Shown: piece by piece, positions 30,157-40,953 of the stretch
Numbering within the stretch: position 1 is the first letter of the stretch
How the letters are laid out: each line of letters starts with the position of its first letter
Assembly (NCBI GenBank): GCA_965205675.1
Contig: OZ242186.1
Span: 1,824,001 to 1,888,000, forward strand
Length of the DNA stretch: 64,000 nucleotides
Direction of reading: 5' to 3'
DNA from: Nitrosopumilus sp.
GTDB taxonomy: Archaea > Thermoproteota > Nitrososphaeria > Nitrososphaerales > Nitrosopumilaceae
Notes under the pieces: model-generated
What the model saw: the letters and a program-made list of their open reading frames with translations, nothing else
Databases searched by the model: none
What the model was told of the DNA's origin: nothing
Position numbers and translations under genes: made by a program

Positions 30157-31494
30157 CTATTTTAGGCCTTTGAACTCTTTACCTAGCAAACTTTTGTACA
30201 ATGCTATTGCATCTGATTCATCTTTTGGTCCAACTATTACAGCAGAGCCTTTCTTCATAAAGCTTACAGATAATTCACTAGTTCTCATCGACAATCCAAA
30301 GTTTCCCGAATTATCCACAATGAAACCTTTTTCTTTTGCAATGCCAGTTACAGCATTCACGTCAAGATCAAATGTTTCAGTCGGAGTAATAGAATATGTT
30401 CGCTTGCCTCTATTTCTACCACAAAGCTCTTCTAGAATCAATTCTTCTTTTTGTATCACCTCAAGTTTACCTGTTCCACAAATTGGACATTGATCAGCTC
30501 TAAATGTTCTAGTACTGTTAAAATCAAGATTTTCTAAATCAATATGTAAGATTCTTTCAGACAAACTTGGTTTTTTTCCAACAATAATTTTTACAGCTTC
30601 TGCAACTTCAATTCCACCAACAAGTGAAAGTATTGATGGATGTACTCCTTCAATGCTACATGTTGGCATTGTATCTTCATCAAGTTCTGGAAACATGCAA
30701 AAGTAACATGCACTTTGTTTTGGTAAAACGGTAAATGCTTGTCCAGAAACACCAACTGCAGCTCCTGTAACAAATGGAATTCCAAATTTTACACATGCTT
30801 TGTTTAATGCATATCTTGCATTAACACTATCAAGTGCATCAATTACAACATCACATCCTTCAACAACTTCTAGTGCAGTATAATCATTTACAGAAATTGC
30901 TAATGCTTCTATTTTACAATCAGGATTTAGTTTTTGTAATTTTTTCTCAGCTACTTCTACTTTAACATGACCCACGTCATCTTCATCAAACATTGTTTGT
31001 CGGTGTAAATTAGATAATTCAATCACATCCCTGTCAATAATACGTAGCGTACCAACACCCATTGCAGCTAATCTAGAAATAATTGGATTCCCTAAACCTC
31101 CAGTGCCAACAACACAAATTTTAGCATTTTTTAATTTCAATTGTCCATTATAGCCAATCTCTTCAAGCATTACTTGACGTGAAAATCTATCAAGTTCTTT
31201 AGAAGATAATTCTTCAGAGCCGCCAGCTACTGCAGGTAAAATGTAAACTTCATCACCATCTTTTAGAACGGTTTGCATGCCATTAGCAAATTTTGCGTTC
31301 TTTCCATTAATGTATATGTTAATCAATGAGCGAGGAGTTCCATCACCTTCTAGCACCCTGCGCTTAAAGTCATCACCCATAATTTCAGAAACTTTTAGAA
31401 GAGCATCAGTTAGAGAATTAGCTGAAACATCAAGTTTCTTTTCCCCACCACTTTGGTTCAGCACAGATGGAATTGTAAATACAATGTTTGCCAT
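30157..31494 (-). CDS. MoaD/ThiS ubiquitin-like domain fused to a ThiF/MoeB adenylyltransferase
   Basis: ILPAVAGG ends the Ubl domain; RFSRQ, GTGGLG, SNLHRQ, two CxxC. Confidence 0.9.
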   Translation of the reverse strand: MANIVFTIPSVLNQSGGEKKLDVSANSLTDALLKVSEIMGDDFKRRVLEGDGTPRSLINIYINGKNAKFANGMQTVLKDGDEVYILPAVAGGSEELSSKELDRFSRQVMLEEIGYNGQLKLKNAKICVVGTGGLGNPIISRLAAMGVGTLRIIDRDVIELSNLHRQTMFDEDDVGHVKVEVAEKKLQKLNPDCKIEALAISVNDYTALEVVEGCDVVIDALDSVNARYALNKACVKFGIPFVTGAAVGVSGQAFTVLPKQSACYFCMFPELDEDTMPTCSIEGVHPSILSLVGGIEVAEAVKIIVGKKPSLSERILHIDLENLDFNSTRTFRADQCPICGTGKLEVIQKEELILEELCGRNRGKRTYSITPTETFDLDVNAVTGIAKEKGFIVDNSGNFGLSMRTSELSVSFMKKGSAVIVGPKDESDAIALYKSLLGKEFKGLK

Positions 31495-32714
31495 TAGTTA
31501 ACTACCGCCGATATTTCACCAACATCTGCTTTCATTGTTGCAGGTTTTTTCAAGACTCTCATGATTGATTCAGTTGCTTTTAGACCATTGCCAGTAACAT
31601 AACATACGACTTTGTCACTAGTATCAATCTTTCCTTGTTCAACCATTTTTTGAAGAACAGATATTGAAACACCACCTGCAGGTTCTGTAAATATTCCTTC
31701 AGTTTGTGCAAGTAATAAAATTGCATCAAGAATTTCCTTGTTGTTTGATTCTTCTGCAAATCCACTATACTGTTCTAGACGTTTCAAGACATATCTGCCA
31801 TCGCCAGGATCACCGATGGCTAAACTTTTTGCAACAGTGTCAGGGTGTTCTACAGGGATTATATCTTTACTGTTTTTCTTAAATGCCTCTACAATTGGCG
31901 CACATCCATGTGGTTGTGCTGCAATCATGTGCATGTTTGAAACATCATCAAGTAATGAAACGGTTTGTAATTCTTCAAATCCTTTACAAATTGCATTAAG
32001 CATAGCACCACTTCCTACAGGCACTATAAGGTGATCAGGTACTTGCCAATCAAGTTGTTCTGCAACTTCAAATGAAAATGTTTTTGAACCTTCGACATAG
32101 TGAGAGCGCATATTGATGTTTACTATTCCAATTCCTTTACTGTCACCAATTTGTGCAGCAATAGTGTTTGCATCATCATATGTTCCATCTACTGCAATGT
32201 AATTTGCACCGTAAGATAATGCTTGAGTGATCTTTGCCATTTCAATATTACTTGGTGCAAATACATGACAGGGTAATCCAGCTTTAGCTGCATGAGCTGC
32301 AGTGGCAGATGCTAAATTTCCAGTAGATGCACATCCTACAGCAGACAGACCAAATTCTTTTGCTTTTGATATTGCAACACCAGCAGGTCTGTCTTTGAAT
32401 GAAAATGTAGGATTCACAGAATCATTTTTTATGTAGAGATTATCTAACCCTAATTTTTTTCCAAGATTCTCAGCTTTGATAAGAGGAGTCATGCCTGCGC
32501 CAATGCTGACAATATTGGATTTGTCCTCTATTGGTAATAATTCAAAATATCTCCAATAGTTATCTTCGCGATTTGCAAATGTATCCTTTGTAATTGTAGT
32601 AAAGTCATATTTTACATCAAGTGGGCCAAAACACTCATCGCAGATATATTTGAAATCTGTATCACACTCTTTTTTACATTCTCTGCATTGCAGTGAGGTT
32701 CTAGTCAAGATCAA
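31494..32714 (-). CDS. thrC: Threonine synthase (or ThrC-like PLP enzyme)
   Basis: N-terminal Zn knuckles, NPTFSFKDR, CASTGN, PVGSG, TGNGLK. Confidence 0.88.
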   Translation of the reverse strand: MILTRTSLQCRECKKECDTDFKYICDECFGPLDVKYDFTTITKDTFANREDNYWRYFELLPIEDKSNIVSIGAGMTPLIKAENLGKKLGLDNLYIKNDSVNPTFSFKDRPAGVAISKAKEFGLSAVGCASTGNLASATAAHAAKAGLPCHVFAPSNIEMAKITQALSYGANYIAVDGTYDDANTIAAQIGDSKGIGIVNINMRSHYVEGSKTFSFEVAEQLDWQVPDHLIVPVGSGAMLNAICKGFEELQTVSLLDDVSNMHMIAAQPHGCAPIVEAFKKNSKDIIPVEHPDTVAKSLAIGDPGDGRYVLKRLEQYSGFAEESNNKEILDAILLLAQTEGIFTEPAGGVSISVLQKMVEQGKIDTSDKVVCYVTGNGLKATESIMRVLKKPATMKADVGEISAVVN

Positions 32715-32899
32715 TATCTACTTTGAGAATATAGATAAAAAATCCTAATATCAAGTTAAGTATTACTTAACTCTAAAGAGGGTAAAATATAATAAAAAAA
32801 TTCATCATTAGAAGGTGAGATAATCTAAAAATTAATAAAAAATCAAGATTTCATAGATTTCTGAATTATAAGGTAAGGTTTTTGTATGTATCAAGCACT

Positions 32900-34203
32900 T
32901 TAGATGTATTTTGCCATCTCAGAAAACATATTCAACTCCCTTATCCTCCATGTTTCAAAGCATGTTAAAAATATAGAAAGCATCCTCATTCCCTGATTGC
33001 TTTTCATCTGTCCGCGAACATTTCTCTGCATGATACACTTTTGAATAGAATTTTCAGTGTCATTGTTAGTTGATGGAATACAGGGATATTTCACAAATGT
33101 AAACAGACTATTTCTTGCAGTTTTTAGTTTCTTACCAAACTGAATCATTTCTTTATCACCTGACATGTATTGACATATTATAGAATCTGTTTGTTTTAGT
33201 AAATTCAACGCATATCTTTTACGTTGTTTCTCTGAATGTTCTTGTATGCTATACCGTCTTGCACGATGCAATGGTTTTGAGAGTTTTCCATAAATGGTTT
33301 TAGCCTGTTTATCATTTGATTTTCTTGCAAGATATTTTGCATCACGCTGCAGATGTGCAGTGCATCTCTGTTTTACATTATCACAAAATACCGTTCTGTA
33401 TGGAGCATATCCATCAGATATTAAAATCCCTGAGAATTTCTTCCAACATTTTTTTAGGATTTTAGCACCTCTACTGTACTCTAAAGTGTGATGAGCTTCT
33501 GTTTTGCTTCTTGCAACCTAACACCCAATCCAGTCTTTCCGTCAATTGGAAATGCTGTCTCATCCATTCCAAGAATCTTTTCAGTCACGATTTCACTACT
33601 AATGTCATGGTACAATGGTTCTAACATAATACTGCCAGTGCGAAGAATAGATTGTACTGTAGTGCAGCTAATTTTCAATCCATATCTTTCTTGAAGAGTT
33701 ACTCTAATGGTATCGTATGGCATTCTCTTTGAGAATAATGAGACTGCCTCACGTATTGCAGAGGAATCAAAGCATCCACATGGTGGAAGATTTCCATCTG
33801 TCTTGAAACTATCAGAGCAGTTCTTGCAATTATACTGATACAAGACATGCTCAGTTGCAATGTATTGAGTTGGTGGAGGGATTTCAACCATTATTCTTTT
33901 GGCAGTCTTGGTTTGAAGGATATCTTCACTTCCACATTTGGGGCATTCTAAACATTTGTGATGTATGGTACTAGTTGGGGTGAATTTCTGTGTTGTGCCC
34001 TTGTGACCTGGTATGCCACCACGTTTTGATTTGCCAGAATCAGAATCTCTGTTTTTCTTTGCATCTTGTTTCTATTTTTTCCATTCAAGTGAATTTTTTG
34101 ATGGTGGCGAGTGTGGATTTTCATAGTATGATAATTTTTGCGTGAGTTGTTTTACTTTTTCTTGTAATTGTAAGATGATTTTCTCATGACCACACTCTGA
34201 CAT
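32900..34203 (-). pseudogene. IS66-family single-ORF transposase with an internal stop and frameshifts
   Basis: MSECGHEKII...NPHSPPS, GGIPGHKG, CPKC, MPY, GMDET, ISDGY, PSTNNDTE; TAG near 34072. Confidence 0.88.
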
Positions 34204-34414
34204 GTATTGTAGAATGATTTAGATGATCTTTGATTTTTTGTGTAATGGTATTGATTTATGTGTGAAGCTTGATACATACTTGAAAACGTGGTTTTAATTC
34301 TATTTTCATAATTATGGTTCCAGATCGCTAAATATCCCATAATCAACAAATTAACATAAAATGTCAATAATCCTAGCGTGGATATTTTATCTCGTAATTT
34401 GAATAGGAAAACTC

Positions 34415-34501
34415 GTTGGGTTCGCCAAGTTAGGTATGACGAGTGTCTGAAAAACACTATCTGTTACCACGGATACATGGGTTCAAATCCCATACCCAAC
34501 G
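34415..34501 (+). tRNA. Type II tRNA with Ser-like body and GAA (Phe) anticodon; variant or pseudo tRNA-Ser(GGA)
   Basis: GTTGGGT/ACCCAAC acceptor, G73, AGTGT-CTGAAAA-ACACT anticodon arm, long paired variable arm, ATGGG-TTCAAAT-CCCAT T arm; one D-stem mismatch. Confidence 0.85.
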
Positions 34502-34784
34502 GGTTATGATATCTATCTAATTATTAATCATAAAAACATTTGTGAGTTTTTAGGTTCAAGAATTATTCTAAAAATGATAAATAAACCAATAGTTTAGAGT
34601 TGGTTTCCTGCCAACAACTTAGTGCTAACTATTAGTTTCTACTCAAAAAAAGATCGCAATAGAAACCTATTGGTTTTTAATTAGGCATAAAAATAGTTAT
34701 CATTACAAAATATTCATAATTTTAATTACTTGTTGTTATTTTTACAAGTTTACAGTTATTACATATTAATTATGAGTATTATTT

Positions 34785-34982
34785 ATGAAGAAAGCGTTTG
34801 ATAAGACATTAGATAGTATTTCAGATTTACAAGATGCCTTAGATTATATTAACACAGAAAAGACAATTTCAGATAAACAAAAAACCAAAGATTTGGATGA
34901 GGTAAATGAACATCTAAAACAAGCACAAGATATTATTGTAAAGGCTCTTGTGATATTTCGGAAATATGAGAAAGACCTGTAA
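34785..34982 (+). CDS. 65-aa helical hypothetical protein (cargo)
   Basis: Amphipathic helical composition; inside the IS66-bounded unit. Confidence 0.55.
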   Translation: MKKAFDKTLDSISDLQDALDYINTEKTISDKQKTKDLDEVNEHLKQAQDIIVKALVIFRKYEKDL

Positions 34983-35829
34983 ACCCATCTAATGTTTTAA
35001 CATAATTACAATTTTTACACTTGTAAAATATCAAACCATTTGAATGAGTTGTTATTTTGATAGGCTCATTTTTTATACATTCAGGATAATTAATGTCATG
35101 TTGTGTTTTCAATACTTACTATTACAAAATAAGTATAAAAACACATTAGTGGGGTATGAATCAAGTCATCTATCCCATCAGGAACAAAAATGGAAACTGA
35201 AAACAAATTCTAGACGTGAGGCTTGATACATACAGGTTTTTAGTTATTTTAGCAAAAAGATGTTTTTGCCAATAAATTATAATTCCAATTATTATTAGAA
35301 CAGTTATTGCAATAGTTGGAATTGCTATGATAAGGCAATGAAGAATCAGATACAAAAGAAATTAAAAGTTTTGTGATGAAAAATTAAATGATAGCAAAAA
35401 TTGAAGATAAGATAGACCAAGGGTTTTAAACGCAAATTTAGAAGGTGGACATATGCCTAAACTAAGAGAACAGATTACATCTGGATCATTTAAAATTAAT
35501 CGAAATGAATACGTCTTAGGTGAAAAATTTCATGATAACTAGAGGCTTGGATTTTAATAAAAAAAGAAGAGACAAAGTTTCTAAGACTGTCATCTAATGG
35601 TGTATACATTATTTAGTGTATTTGATTAGTTCTTTTGATAGAGTAGATTTAGCAGGAATTGAACTATTATTTAGATTCAAAGCTTTCAAAAATTAACAGG
35701 TATTGTACTACAGAGAATTTTATTGGAGAGGGATAATGTTTAGGAGAACAGATTATTCAAACTTGAGTTTAAGATAACAGATGAAATTATACCAGATGAT
35801 GATAAAATTATGAACCAGTATGTTATAGA

Positions 35830-36159
35830 TTATTTTTCTAAACTGTTATGAAAACAAACATCTTTACCTAAATGACATGCAGGTCCAGAAGGTTCAACAA
35901 GGTAAATAATTGCATCTGAATCACAATCAACTAAAATCTCTTTAATTTTTTGAGTATTGCCAGATTCTTCTCCCTTCATCCAAAGTTTATTTCGCGAACG
36001 ACTCCAAAACCAAGAGTTTCCAGTTTTTTTTGCAAGTTCTAATGATTCTTTGTTAGCATAAGCCAAAGTCAAAACATTTTTTGTATTTGCATCTTGAACG
36101 ATTACAGGTACAAGACCTCCGCTTTTATCAAAATCTATTTCATTAATTGACTTTTCCAT
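35830..36159 (-). CDS. hisI: Phosphoribosyl-AMP cyclohydrolase
   Basis: WSRSRNKLWMKGEESG, DCDSD, ACHLG...CF. Confidence 0.95.
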   Translation of the reverse strand: MEKSINEIDFDKSGGLVPVIVQDANTKNVLTLAYANKESLELAKKTGNSWFWSRSRNKLWMKGEESGNTQKIKEILVDCDSDAIIYLVEPSGPACHLGKDVCFHNSLEK

Positions 36160-36185
36160 GTTATATAAAAAAAATAAAATAGCTA

Positions 36186-36989
36186 TTATAATCTTACAGG
36201 GATTTGATTGTTTTTCAAATGAGACTTTACTCCATTTACACCATGTGTGTTATAGTGAAATATTGAGGCAGCTAAAGCAGCATCCACATTTGATTCTTTA
36301 AAGATATCAATCATATCATCAGGTTTCCCACATCCTCCTGAAGCAATTACAGGTATAGATACAGATTCTACAACTTTTTGTGTTAATAAAATATCATAAC
36401 CGTCTTTTGTTCCATCTTTATCAATACTAGTAAGAAGAATTTCGCCAGCTCCTAGTTTTTCAGCATTTTGTACCCATTCTATAGCATCTATTCCAGTACT
36501 TTCTTTTCCACCATAAATGAAAACTTCAAACCAGAACTGTTTTTTATTTTCAACAAATATATTTTTTGCATGTGTAAGATCATAATTTCTTTTAGCATCA
36601 ACTGCTACTACAATACATTGACGACCAAACAATTCCATTAATTCAGTAATAACTTTAGGATTCTTTATTGCACCAGTATTAATTCCAACTTTATCAGCAC
36701 CATTAAGTAAAATATTTCTTGCATCCTCTAATGATTTAACTCCGCCACCTACAGTGAATGGAATATCGATCACAGATGCAACTTTTCGAACCAAGTCTTT
36801 GATTGTTTTTCGTTGTTCATCAGATGCAGTAATATCTAAAAATATTAGTTCATCAGCTCCCTCATTACTGTACTTTTCAGCTAGTTTTACAGGATCACCG
36901 GCATCTTTAATTGATTCAAAGTGTAATCCTTTGACTACTCGGCCATTTTTTACATCTAAACAAGGAATAATTCTTTTAGTTAAGGTCAT
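36186..36989 (-). CDS. hisF: Imidazole glycerol phosphate synthase cyclase subunit
   Basis: [24 protein letters not shown]. Confidence 0.96.
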   Translation of the reverse strand: MTLTKRIIPCLDVKNGRVVKGLHFESIKDAGDPVKLAEKYSNEGADELIFLDITASDEQRKTIKDLVRKVASVIDIPFTVGGGVKSLEDARNILLNGADKVGINTGAIKNPKVITELMELFGRQCIVVAVDAKRNYDLTHAKNIFVENKKQFWFEVFIYGGKESTGIDAIEWVQNAEKLGAGEILLTSIDKDGTKDGYDILLTQKVVESVSIPVIASGGCGKPDDMIDIFKESNVDAALAASIFHYNTHGVNGVKSHLKNNQIPVRL

Positions 36990-37693
36990 GATAATTTTTT
37001 TACATCCTCAATTGAAATTTTATTCTCATAGAGCGCTTTTCCAAGAATTACACCAAATACATTTTTTCTTTTTACATCTGCAACATCATTAACATTAGAG
37101 ATTCCTCCACTGGCAATTACATTAGCATTTGAAAATATGCAAGTCTGCTCTAAAAATTCTAAATCAGGACCTTCCAAAGTTCCATCGCGACTGACACTTG
37201 TTAGTAAGAATTCTGTAAATCCCATCTCAAGAAACTCTTTGAGAGCAGGAATTAATTTAATTCCAGTATCTTGTTGCCAACCATTAATTACAATTTCACC
37301 ATCTTTATGATCAACTGATATTACAATTTTTTCTGGACCAAGTTCAGATAATAATGACTGTAATAGTTGTTTGTCTTTAAATGCCAAAGTTCCCAACACT
37401 ATTCGTTCTGATAGATTTGCCATTTCCAAAACCAGTGATTTTTCTCTCAATCCACCAGCAACTTCAACAGGAATTGATACAGTATCAAGAATTTTTTTAA
37501 TGACATCAAGATTAGACCCCCTGCCTAATGTAGCATCTAAATCTACCAAATGAAGTATATCTGCACCTGCAGATTCCCATTTTTTGGCAATTTCTACAGG
37601 GTCATCGCTGTATACAGTTTTTTGATTAGGATCTCCTTTGTACAATCTAACAACACAACCATCCATTAAATCAATAGCAGGAATAACTTTCAT
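36986..37693 (-). CDS. hisA: ProFAR isomerase
   Basis: IPAIDLMDGCVVRL, HLVDLD, RDGTLEGPD. Confidence 0.95.
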   Translation of the reverse strand: MKVIPAIDLMDGCVVRLYKGDPNQKTVYSDDPVEIAKKWESAGADILHLVDLDATLGRGSNLDVIKKILDTVSIPVEVAGGLREKSLVLEMANLSERIVLGTLAFKDKQLLQSLLSELGPEKIVISVDHKDGEIVINGWQQDTGIKLIPALKEFLEMGFTEFLLTSVSRDGTLEGPDLEFLEQTCIFSNANVIASGGISNVNDVADVKRKNVFGVILGKALYENKISIEDVKKLS

Positions 37694-38295
37694 TTTTTAC
37701 ACTCTTTAAGAAAATTCTCTAACATAATTTTTCCAACAATGCTAGATTTTTCAGGATGAAACTGTGTTCCAAAAAAATTATCAGATTCAACAACAGCGGG
37801 TACTTTAATTCCATAGTCAGATTCAGCAGTAATTACATCAGCAGATTCGGGTTTTACTCTATACGAATGAACAAAGTAAGCCCAAGAACCATTTTTTACA
37901 CCTTCAAGAATTTTTCCAGGTTTTTTGATTTCAAGATTATTCCATCCCATGTGTGGTATTTTCATAGATGACGGTAAAACAATTACTTGGCCATCTATTA
38001 CATTCAAGCCTTGCTCCTTACCCTCTTCGCTTTTCTCAAAAAACATTTCCATTCCAAGACAAATACCAAGAACAGGAATGTTTTCAACATAGTCTTGGAA
38101 TTGAATTTTAGAAAAATTTCGGATACTTTTCATGGCAGGATCAAAATTCCCCACACCAGGTAATAACAAACCAGAATAGATATTGATATCATCAAAATTC
38201 GTTATTATATCAACTGTAGCATTTATTTTTTCAAGTGAATTTTTCAAGCTGAAAATATTTCCAGCGCCATAATCAAAAATTGCAACATTGACCAT
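37690..38295 (-). CDS. hisH: Imidazole glycerol phosphate synthase glutaminase subunit
   Basis: DYGAGN, LPGVG, GICLGM, PHMGWN, QFHPEKS. Confidence 0.96.
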   Translation of the reverse strand: MVNVAIFDYGAGNIFSLKNSLEKINATVDIITNFDDINIYSGLLLPGVGNFDPAMKSIRNFSKIQFQDYVENIPVLGICLGMEMFFEKSEEGKEQGLNVIDGQVIVLPSSMKIPHMGWNNLEIKKPGKILEGVKNGSWAYFVHSYRVKPESADVITAESDYGIKVPAVVESDNFFGTQFHPEKSSIVGKIMLENFLKECKK

Positions 38296-38891
38296 TACAT
38301 TGAACCCTTTGTACTTGGTATTCCTTTTTGTTTTTTATCCAAAGCAGATGCATTTCTTAATGCAACAGCAAGTGATTTTATTGCGGCCTCAACTTTGTGG
38401 TGATCATTATCGCCATACTTTACAGTAAGGTGAATACAGCTATTGAGGTTTTGTAATAATGATTGGAAAAAGTGTTCTAGATCTTCTTTTGGTACACTCT
38501 CAATTTTGTTTCGTTTAATAGATAAAGTCAATTTTGAAGATGGACGCCTTACCAAATCAATTGAAGCCTCAGCTAGTGACTCATCCATTGGAACAGAAGC
38601 ATAACTGAATCTAGTAATTCCTTTTCTAGAGCTTAATGCTTTGTCTATTGTTTGTCCTATTGTAATTGCAGTATCTTCAATTAAGTGATGTTCAATCCCA
38701 TCATTTGATTTGGCATCAACTTTAAGATCCATCATACCATGTGTGCCAAGAGATACAATCAAGTGATCAATGAAATTGATGCCAGTTTTGATAGATGTTT
38801 TTCCAGATCCATCCAAGTTTACAGACACAGAAATGCTAGTTTCTTTTGTATTTCGTTTGATTGATGCTTTTCGTGGTATCATTTTTCTCAC
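38295..38891 (-). CDS. hisB: Imidazoleglycerol-phosphate dehydratase
   Basis: [24 protein letters not shown]. Confidence 0.95.
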   Translation of the reverse strand: MRKMIPRKASIKRNTKETSISVSVNLDGSGKTSIKTGINFIDHLIVSLGTHGMMDLKVDAKSNDGIEHHLIEDTAITIGQTIDKALSSRKGITRFSYASVPMDESLAEASIDLVRRPSSKLTLSIKRNKIESVPKEDLEHFFQSLLQNLNSCIHLTVKYGDNDHHKVEAAIKSLAVALRNASALDKKQKGIPSTKGSM

Positions 38892-38911
38892 AGATTATGT
38901 GATTTGCATCA

Positions 38912-39886
38912 TTATTCTAAATTTAATACCTTTGGTAACTGATGAATCGAGTCCAACACCAAAATAGCATCATTTTTCTCAAATAGTTCTAACTTATCAA
39001 AAGGATTCTTGCTTGTACCAATAATTCCACAGAAAATAGTCTTGTGACCCAACTCTGTTGATTTTTTAGCCATGATAAAATCCTCCATAGAGTCTCCAAC
39101 ATAAAGAGTTAGGGTACTATTCATTCCATTAATGGAGGTTAGCAAGGATTGAGGATTAGGTTTTGCAAGTTCGCGTGATTCATATTCAAGAAATATGGAA
39201 TTACATAAATCAAATTTAGTCAAAAGAGATTTCAAAGAATATCGTACAGATTCTTTTCCTCTGCCAGTAACCATGGCAATTTTTGAGTCAAATTTTTTCT
39301 GTAATTTTTGAATTAAAATATCATCTAGAATAACATCATCTTGTTCAATCAAACCAGATGCAAAAAAGTTTGAAGGTTTGTTAAATAATTTTTGATATAA
39401 TTCAGGCCCATAGAAAATTTGATCAAATATTTGATACAAGAGATTATCATGGTGAGTTCCAGGATAAGATAGTTGTTTTTTAATATCAGAAATATCAACT
39501 TGTGTTTGAATATATTTTTCTGTAAAAGCAATACCACTGGAATTAGAATTTTTTATTACATCAAAGATAAAATCAGTTGGGTCTTTGTTTAATTTTTTAG
39601 CAGCAACAAGGGAAATTATTGCAGCATATGTTAAATCAACTTCATCATTAAATCCACCAGTAGATTTGAATCCATCAATGATTTTAAAATCAACATCAAT
39701 AGAAGAATTAATTTTTGCCAGATTTTCTAAAACATACTGAGTTGTTTTTATGATTGTGGAATCATATGATTTTGTAATATCAATTAGTACCCCATCACAA
39801 TCAAAAATTATTGCATCTACTTGATTTAGAGTTTCAATTTTAGAATCATCGCTGTAGATTCCTTCAGATTTTTTTGTTAGAGTCAT
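38912..39886 (-). CDS. HAD-family hydrolase in the his cluster (candidate histidinol-phosphatase)
   Basis: FDCDGVL, VTGR, KP, YVGDS..D. Confidence 0.85.
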   Translation of the reverse strand: MTLTKKSEGIYSDDSKIETLNQVDAIIFDCDGVLIDITKSYDSTIIKTTQYVLENLAKINSSIDVDFKIIDGFKSTGGFNDEVDLTYAAIISLVAAKKLNKDPTDFIFDVIKNSNSSGIAFTEKYIQTQVDISDIKKQLSYPGTHHDNLLYQIFDQIFYGPELYQKLFNKPSNFFASGLIEQDDVILDDILIQKLQKKFDSKIAMVTGRGKESVRYSLKSLLTKFDLCNSIFLEYESRELAKPNPQSLLTSINGMNSTLTLYVGDSMEDFIMAKKSTELGHKTIFCGIIGTSKNPFDKLELFEKNDAILVLDSIHQLPKVLNLE

Positions 39887-40953
39887 CCCAATAAATCACG
39901 AATAGCTAGTAAAAATTTTGAATTCATTTCTTTTGTACCAATAGTTACTCGAAGGCATCCATCATGATCTCCAATTTTACCAAGTTTGCGAATTGAGATG
40001 CCTTGTTCGGCAAGTGCAGAATAAACACGTTTGTAGGCTTTATGTGCGTCAAAAAGGACAAAATTAGCCTTGGAATCAAAGACGTTAAAGGCATCATATT
40101 TTTCCAAAGTCGCAATAATTCTTTTTCTCTCAATTTTGATATTATCAAGAGTGTCTTTTATGATCTTTGGTTTTTCTAAAGCATGGATTCCAGATTCAAT
40201 TGCAATGGTACTAACAGGATACGGATATTGTAAAACAGTCATAAAAGTATCAGTGAATTTTTTGCTTGCAATAAAATAACCTAATCTTAATCCTGCTAAA
40301 CCAAATGATTTTGAAAATGTTTGAACAACGATCAAATTACTTTGAGTTTTAACCATATTTGCAAGAGAGTAGTCACTGAATTGCCCATACGCTTCATCAA
40401 TTATTACAAGACCGCTAAAAGATTTTACAAGTTTTTGTAATTCGCTTTTAGAAAATTGAAATCCAGTAGGATTATTGGGAGAATCTAGATAAAGAATATC
40501 AGCATTTTTGGATTGTTTTAGAAAGTCTTTGATATTTAATTTCATATCATCACAAAAAGGTATTGCAATTAATGGTATATCATATAATTTACAACGTTCT
40601 TCAAAAAATCCAAAAGTAGGATTTGAGGTAAGAACTTTGGTCTGTTTTGATGCAAAATTTGAAAGAATCAAGTCCAAAATTTGATCAGAGCCATTACCCA
40701 CACCGATCATCGAGGAAGGAATTTTGATGAACTTGGATATTGAATTGATTAGTTTTTCAACTCCACCAAGTGGATATTCTCGTATATCAGAATTTTTTCT
40801 TGCTGAAGAGATTAGATCATTTTGAAATTGTTTTGGTATCATATAGTTTTCATTTGAATCAAGTTTTACAGAATCTTGAATAAGTTCGGGTTTTTGATAA
40901 CCTCTAATAGAACTAAATTTTTTAATTTTTTCTTCAAACCAATTTTTTTTCAA
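39883..40953 (-). CDS. hisC: Histidinol-phosphate aminotransferase
   Basis: LDSNEN, GNGSDQ, SPNNPTG, DEAY, TFSKSFGLAGLRLG. Confidence 0.95.
   Translation of the reverse strand: MKKNWFEEKIKKFSSIRGYQKPELIQDSVKLDSNENYMIPKQFQNDLISSARKNSDIREYPLGGVEKLINSISKFIKIPSSMIGVGNGSDQILDLILSNFASKQTKVLTSNPTFGFFEERCKLYDIPLIAIPFCDDMKLNIKDFLKQSKNADILYLDSPNNPTGFQFSKSELQKLVKSFSGLVIIDEAYGQFSDYSLANMVKTQSNLIVVQTFSKSFGLAGLRLGYFIASKKFTDTFMTVLQYPYPVSTIAIESGIHALEKPKIIKDTLDNIKIERKRIIATLEKYDAFNVFDSKANFVLFDAHKAYKRVYSALAEQGISIRKLGKIGDHDGCLRVTIGTKEMNSKFLLAIRDLLG

Larger units (their letters stand above)
32884..35233. mobile_element. IS66-derived composite unit carrying a tRNA gene, flanked by an 8-bp target-site duplication
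   Basis: TIR gtatgtatcaagc 32884-32896; inverted copies gcttgatacatac at 34267-34279 and 35221-35233; AGGTTTTT at 32876-32883 and 35234-35241. Confidence 0.85.

Noticed and set aside
34152-34457. 101-aa minus-strand ORF
   Set aside because: Overlaps the tRNA, the inner TIR and the transposase start; spurious
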